Shown here piece after piece: positions 57,115-64,000 of a stretch of 64,000 nucleotides of DNA. Within the stretch, counting starts at the first letter, position 1; each line of letters begins with the position of its first letter. This DNA comes from Guillardia theta CCMP2712 (Eukaryota > Protista > Cryptophyta), in the NCBI RefSeq assembly GCF_000315625.1, contig NW_005434650.1:462005-526004 (forward strand), read 5' to 3'. The notes beneath the pieces are model-generated. The model made no database searches. It was not told where the DNA came from and was given only the letters and a program-made list of their open reading frames with translations. The position numbers and the translations under genes are program-made.

Positions 57115-57238
57115 GAGGAGGAGGAAGATCCGAGATACAGGATAGAGAGAGAGGACAGAGGCGGAGGAAGATCTGAGATACAGGATAGAGAGAGAGGACA
57201 GAGGAGGAAGAAGATCCGAGATACAGGATAGAGAGAGA
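57115..57238. repeat. ~45-bp purine-rich tandem repeat
   Basis: Three copies of gaggaagatc(c/t)gagatacaggatagagagagagg. Confidence 0.8.
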
Positions 57239-57655
57239 ACAACTTGGAGAGGAGAGAGCTGTTTTGAGAAGCGATTTAGATGGTGGGTTTGAGCCGAAGG
57301 AGGACACTCGCAGAAGCTGTACCAAGAGGAAGAAATGGCGAGATCTTGAATCCTGCTCCTTCATATGGTTTGAGAAGAATGTAGGGAAGGTATAGAGATA
57401 GGGGAAGTTGAAGCTGAAGGCAGTATTTCATGATAAGTGTGGTGTTTCATGGAATCGAAGAGCATATGGAATCGGATCTGAACTAGGATTGTGAATGATA
57501 CTACCATCGAACATGGCCTGTGATGAACGAGCATGTGCTAGATGATAGTCCAATTATGATACTATATTGAAGACGTTCGATAAGCCTTTAACGCGTTTCT
57601 TTGGCAGACTTTGGCAGCGCATTGAACTCCAACTCCTTTCCCTGAGAAACTTCCG

Positions 57656-59028
57656 ATGGCGAAGACAGGAGCGCTCGCCCATGACCAGAATACGGCCAAA
57701 TTTGCAGCCAAAGGAAGCAATTTCAACACTGAAGACGATGGTCTGAAGCTACCTGCTGTCCCTTCCGCGGACTCGCTGGAGTCTCTGGCGTCTACTTCGT
57801 CGCCAGCTCCTTCCCCAACCCTCCAGGCCAAGAAGGCCTCCGATCATACGACGGGCAAGCTCGGGAGCCTTCCAGTGCTAGTGAACGAGGACATAGAGGC
57901 GGCGAGGAACGAGTGGCTGTTCAACCCTCCCAGGTTTATGATCGAGGGCATCAAGACTCTGCTGATCGATGAGCGTGACTTACCAATGGCCCTGGCGTTC
58001 TTCAACATCATCGTGACGACGCTTCCAGCGGCTGCAGCAGTGTTCTACTTGCAGTCTCATGTTTTCGGCCTCCTCTACGTCGTAACCAACCTGATAACAT
58101 ACCAAGAGCGCTTCATCCTCGGTGCCTGCAGCTCTGATCTTATCCTTCACCCGACCCTGACTTTTCTTTTCCCAGGCCTTCACTATAGCTCACACCGTGC
58201 CATCTTCAAGTACTCGGCCTTGAACCTCATTCCCCCGTATCTTCTGTCGCCGTTCTTCGGCATCCCCAGCGGGATCTACTACCTGCACCATTGCGTCATG
58301 CACCATGTGGAGAACAACGTCTTCCCCTATGACGTTAGCTCCACCGAGCCCTTCCAGCGCGACAACTTCGGCCATCTGATCTTCTACTGGCTTCGCTTCT
58401 TGATCGCCATATGGTTCGAGCTCCCTTACTACGCACTGAGGAGGCAGCGATATGGCCTGGCATTCCACTGCGTTTCCTGTATCGGATTCTTCATGGTGAC
58501 CACTTCGGCCCTGTACAAGATGAGTCCGGTGGGGACCATGTGGGTGTTCTGGATCTACACCTTTGTTACCTCCTTCCTCCTCATGCTGGGTAACTGGAGC
58601 CAGCACATCTTCGTGAGCCCGCGGAACCCGAACAGCAACTACCTCCTCGCCTACAACGTGATCAACGTCTCCAGCAACCAGCGCTGCTTCAATGTGAGCC
58701 AGTGCTAGTTGCGACCTTGTTCTTTCCGTTCTGACTCTCCTTGCTGCAGGATGGATATCACGTGGAGCATCACCTTCACTCCCGGAAACACTGGAGCGAG
58801 CTGCCTACCAGCTTCATGCGCTCGCTGGACAAGTACGCCAAGGAGGGCGGGCTGGTCTTCGAGGGCATCGACAACATGGCGGTCGGGTACCTTACGTTCA
58901 GCGGCCAGCTCGACAAGCTCGCCGAGCACTACGTGCAGCTCGGGCCGGTGGAGTGGACGAAGGAGGAGATAGTGGCGGAGCTCAAGAGCCGCCTCGTGCC
59001 CATCCATCGCAAGCCGAAGACGAGCTGA
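57656..59028 (+). CDS. Membrane fatty-acid desaturase-like protein
   Basis: Three His boxes HYSSH, HHCVMHH and GYHVEHH with intervening TM segments; exons ~57656-58121, 58176-58693 and 58750-59028. Confidence 0.88.
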
Positions 59029-59195
59029 GAGTTCAGTTGGGCAAGGAGCAGTAGGAGAAGCAAAGGAGCCAACTGTACAATAAGAGGAGGAGAGGGAGGA
59101 GTAGCGAAAGGAAAAGGAGCGGCGGGCTGAGGGAGGAGAGAGGATGGTACTGACACTGGAGGATGATTGATAGAGATTGATTGAAACTCAAGGGG

Positions 59196-60092
59196 TCATC
59201 TCCTGCCCTCACTGCTGCCCCGTCCTGTCGCTGCACTGGTTGCATTGCCATAGCCACCGCGTCCTGACCCCACGATCTTCTCGAGGACGGACAAGCGGTC
59301 CGCCGTGTGCCGCTCCTCGGAGATGACCAGGTAGCAGGAGGCCAGCAGTTGCAGAAGCTCGTCCCAGCTCCGCCCCTCCGTCACGCTCTCTACTGTCTCC
59401 TTCATGAAGGACGCCTGCCATGCGGTCAGAGCGCAGGCGGGAGGTGAGAGTGGGGATGAAGACAAAAAGGGGATGAAGGGGTAAGAAGAAGAAGGAAGTC
59501 GTGAGGGAAGCAGAGGTGAGGAGTGGGCAGGGGGAGAGGGAGGGAGGGAGGGAGGGAGGGAGGGAGGGAGGGAGGGAGGGAGGGAGGGAGGGAGGGAGGG
59601 AGGGAGGGAGGACTTCCTACCAGGTTCTCTACGAGCTGAGGATCGTTCTCAGTGCGCATGTTGCTGATGTTGTTCATCTCTTCCGCCTCCTTGGGTTTCT
59701 GCGAGGCGTCAACGAGTTGCAGCTGACAGCAGGCAGCACGTCACCTCTGCCATCGCTGCATCCCCCAAGCCCTCGCCATCCGCTGCCGGTTCCTCGAGCT
59801 TCTGCTTCTTCTGTGCCTGGTCAGAGTTCAGATCGCCGAGGAGCAGGCATGGGAGGGGAGGTTCAACCGATTCCTGCACAGAGGGCTCGGTGCTGAGTTG
59901 CCTCTTCCTGTGCTGCTGCTGCTCAACCTGCTGCTGCTCAACCTGCTGCTGCTCCCAGCACCAGGTAGCGTTGAGGTCAGCAGCCCGTAGGGTGAGGATG
60001 GTTGGGTAAGTCGTCTTGGGTAGAGGTTCTGCGAGGAAGCTGGCTTCGTTGAGGACGCTCGTGATGATTGCCTGCTCGACTGTGAGCAGCGC

Positions 60093-60173
<81 letters not shown>

Positions 60174-63100
60174 GGGAGCAGAGATGGAAAACAAGGCAGG
60201 AAAGGAGGATGCACATGCTCAATGGGACCAGGAGGTCATACCTCAACCCACTGATCAGTTCCCATCACGTTTCGCTTCACTCGGATCAGCGCGTCCGTCC
60301 TGATCCTGTTGCCCGACTTCGTATCCCCCGCCGCATGCCCGTCCGCGCCGACCGCCGGCATCCTCTTGCTCGCAGGCTGAGGGTGGGGGGCCGCGGGGCG
60401 GGCGATTTGATCGCACTCGATGTCGAAGTTGTACTTGGTGACTATTCGCTCCCCCTCCTTCACCTGCCACCAGACGTCAACACAGCCTGCGGCTCCGGTC
60501 GCCCTGAGCTCACCAGGTGGGAGTCAACCTTCTCCCAGCACTCCTCCGCCTCGTCGCAGAGGCTGTTGGCCTTGCTGCAGATCATGTCGTTGAACCTCTG
60601 CGCCGCCTGCTGGTCCGCCAGGCTCTTCGCCCTCTGGCTGTCCAGTGCCGCCTGAGCCGACGGCCATCGCCACTCCTTGTTCTCCTGGTCGGGGGAGTAG
60701 ATGTCCTTCCACTCGCCCTTCTCCTTCAGGTTCTCGATCACGATGTGGACCTCGAACTTGGCGATCTTCAGGGCAAGTCAGCTGGGCTGCTCCTCGGGCA
60801 GTGGCTCTCACCTTGTCGGGGTACAGCGGGTCGCCGACGACGTTGATCACCCGGCCCGGCACCCACTCGTTCTCGAACGTCTCCGTGTCTTGGACTTCGA
60901 TCTCTAGGATCGCCCCGATCTTGAGCACGCGCTCCTGCGACAGCGGGATGACGTACGGTCGCGACCTCGACGTGTCCTGCTGCCCCAAGAGGGCGGAGGA
61001 GCTGCCGTCCTCGCTCGCCATGGCGGCCGCCCGCGAGCCTCCGAGTCCTGGGAGCGGGTGAGAGGCAGGAATGGCAGGTGGAGGGCAAGACCGTCAGGGT
61101 TGTTGAAGCGGATGGCGTTGTCGCGGATCAGGTAGATCCTCTGCATGAAATGCGACTTACACCGGACGATCTTCGAGTCGATGTCGAAGAGCATCGTCGC
61201 GAGGTCCATCGGGTGAGCGATGCAGGCCTTGTAGCTCTCCCGCACGTGCTCGGGAACGTGGGTCTGCTGGACGACCTGGAGGGCAGGTGAGGAGGCTGGA
61301 GGAAAGGAGGGAGAGGATCAACCGGGGACGAGAAATCCTTGAACTTCTTGTTCTGGTACAACTTGAGGCAAATCTCCCGCATCTTCACCCTCAGCCCGCG
61401 CATGGTCTTCTTGTCGCGCTCAATCTGCTGCGGGTCCAACAGCTCCGGGACCGCCTGCCACCTCACGGGCGTATCGTCCTTCTCGAGCTCCTCGTAGCTG
61501 AGCTGCTCCTCCTCCCTCCTCATCTCCCACCTCTTGACATCCCGCACGAGAGGGGAGAAGAACTTGCGACGATGTTCCACCGTCGGTGGGTTCAGCTGGT
61601 GAGCATGGGAGAGGTTGAAGATCCTTGAGAACTTCATGAGCTGGAGAATGTCGTAGTCCCTCTCAGCATCAGCCGTCGCAAGCAGTAGGACAGGATGTGA
61701 AGCAGGAAGGTTGTACAAGGATGTATCCAGACACGTTCTCAGTCCGTCCGACGCCGACTTCCACCACCTGGGAGAACAGCCCGCGGTCAGGCTCGTACCG
61801 AAGCTCTTGTTTCTCCTCTTCCTCCCCCGGCCCCCCTACCTTACCGCGCCGCCTCCCCCTCCCCCTCCTCCTCACACCTGTGAAAGTCCGGGAGGAAGAG
61901 GATCGACGGTGCTCGGTTGCGAGCCTCCGCAAACTTGGACACAAGGGCCTCCTCGAGCGTCTTCACGTCTCCGCTCCCAGTGGAGGTATGAAGGTCTTGC
62001 AGCCCGATCCCGAACGTCGGCATCGGGTCAAGCGCCTGGATGAGAGCTCTTGCCACGTGGTTCTGCGCGTCCCCTGCCCTGCCCCACAGTAGGACTCTCG
62101 GTCGGTACACCACGTCCATTCCCCTGAATGAAGCAAGGTTCTGTATCTCGAAGTCCCCCGCGTACACAGCGTGCTTGCTGGAGCTGGCTGTGGGGTTGCT
62201 GCCGTTGGCCGGATCGCCGCCGCTGTCCGTGACGGCATCAGCGTTCGCTTTCGCTCCCTCCCTGACTCCCTCCTCCTCCTCCTCCTCCTCCTCCTCCTCC
62301 TCCCCAGTCTTGAACTGATTTCGCATCTCGTCGACCGTGTGTTTCAGTCGATACAGGGATGGTTTGCCCAGTGGAAAAACTTCGCAGAGCCGCTCGAAGG
62401 ACTTGACGAGGTCACCGTAGAGAGGGTCCAGCAGCGAGTTGGGCAGGGTGACGCCAAGGGAGCTGCACAGGCGATCAGAGCAGGGAGAGAGAAGGAGGGT
62501 TCTCACGGGGCTGATCGACGCGACGAGCACTTGATGGTCGCCATGGCCTCCTTGAAGTCTTCCTCCGTCACGAACAGCTTGTCCTTGTCGATCTTTAGCC
62601 GATAGTCTTGCGTGTAGATCTGTGTTGACAGGCTTTCAGCGCATCTTGCTCGCTGTTCCTCCACCTCTCACCTGTGGGAACGTGCGGCGGAGGGCCCGGA
62701 TGCCAGCCTCCGTACATAGAGCCTTGAGATCCGCTCCTCCGAACCCCACGCAAGCGTTCGCTGCTTGCTCAATGCACTTCTTGGAGAGCGGAGGCTTCCA
62801 GTCTTTGGTGTAAATCTGAGGTGGGCAGCGATCAGACTAGCTGGTCGACATGGAGGGGTCAGCCTGACCTCTAGGATCTTGGCTCTTGCGGCAGCATCAG
62901 GGAGAGGAAAGTAGAACTCTCGGTCGAACCTCCCCGGCCTGCGTAGCGCCGGATCGACCTGTCGGAGGAGCCGTGAGTGCCGGAGGAGAGGAGGATGGAG
63001 AGCGACGTCACCGCATCCGGCCTGTTGGTCGCTCCGATGAGGACCACCATCCCTCGCTTGTCAAGGCCGTCCATGAGGGCGAGGAGAGTGCTGACTATGG

Positions 63101-64000
63101 AGGAGTGAATCTGGTCCTGCCTAGAGCTCCTGACTGGGGCCAGCCCGTCTATCTCGTCAAAGAAGATGATAGAGGGCTGGGTGAACGTTCAGGATCATCG
63201 GGTGCGAGGGCAAGTCGCCGTTACCTGCAGTCGGGCAGCCTCCGCAAACAGCAACCTCAGTTGTCTCTCAGCCTCTCCGTGGTACTTGCTGAGGCAGTCG
63301 GCTCCCTTGCGCATAAAGAATGAGATCTTCTGCGATCCCTGGCTGCACGAGTTTGCTAGCGCCTGCAAGGAAGTCACCCACGCACCATCCCGGCAGGCCT
63401 TGGAAGTTACCCGAGCCATCATCGTCTTCCCTGTCCCGGGAGGTCCATGGAACAGAACTCCTCCGGGTGCCTTGATCCCCAACTTGGAGAAAATCTCGGG
63501 GTAAGTGAGCGGGAGGAAGACGCTTTCCTTGAGACTCTTGATGTGAGCGTCAAGGCCCCCGATCGACTCGAACGAAACCTGTTGATCAACCACGTGAGGA
63601 GCGGGGCACTTTCAGAAGCACGCATCCTCCTGCGGGACTCACCGACTGGTCGATGGACATAGGGCTTATGTCCGCGTTGATCGGCTTCACTTCCCCGTCC
63701 TCCGTGTAACCCTGGTTGCTCTTCACCTTGCCTGCATCGACCGTCAGCTAGTCAAGCAGCGAATAGCGACAGGACGTACTTCCATTTTGGTCATCGTCAG
63801 AGGAGGAGCCTGCGCGACCGTTGGCCCCTCCAGACTTCAACATCTTGAGCTGCTTGGTCCACCCGGCCGACAGAGGCACATCCTCCCCGGAGTGAGAAGC
63901 ATCAGTTTCAAACACTCTGCATGCGTCACGTTGGTTTCAGCTGTCACACACACGAGCACAACGAGGGCACCTCAACTTCTTCCCACACTCGGTGACTACA
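59196..64000 (-). CDS. ATAD2: ATAD2/Yta7 AAA+ ATPase with bromodomain (5' end beyond window)
   Basis: GVLFHGPPGTGKT, FFMRKGADCLSK, IIFFDEIDGLAPVRS, GATNRPD and ALRRPGRFDREF; a degenerate second AAA (YRPRVLL); bromodomain (Y...IAHPMDL...IRDNAIRFN). Confidence 0.95.
60093..60172. repeat. Intronic (GAT)n microsatellite
   Basis: Perfect trinucleotide run inside an ATAD2 intron. Confidence 0.95.

Overview
Intron-rich eukaryotic nuclear DNA with compact genes, many ~45-60 nt introns and microsatellite-expanded introns. The style suggests a cryptophyte alga such as Guillardia theta (inference). Housekeeping genes: phosphoglucomutase (3' part), DDX10/DBP4, a cyclin, an MFS transporter, RPB7, PSMD5, a YccF protein, a desaturase-like protein and ATAD2/Yta7 (5' end outside the window). 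Main points of interest: (1) one ~25-exon gene (29629-38157), invisible in the ORF track, that appears to fuse a PC-esterase/SGNH-like domain, an acyltransferase-3 membrane domain and a GH130/GT91-like beta-propeller. (2) Two tandem type II membrane collagen genes with a scavenger-receptor/collectin-like layout whose C-terminal repeats differ in hypervariable patches. (3) A Crinkler-type NTPase+REase ORF with a compensated frameshift pair, lying inside ~520 bp inverted repeats 17 kb apart. (4) A three-exon 66-aa microprotein. All exon models were built by hand from splice signals and reading-frame phase, and family calls come from motif recognition, not database searches.
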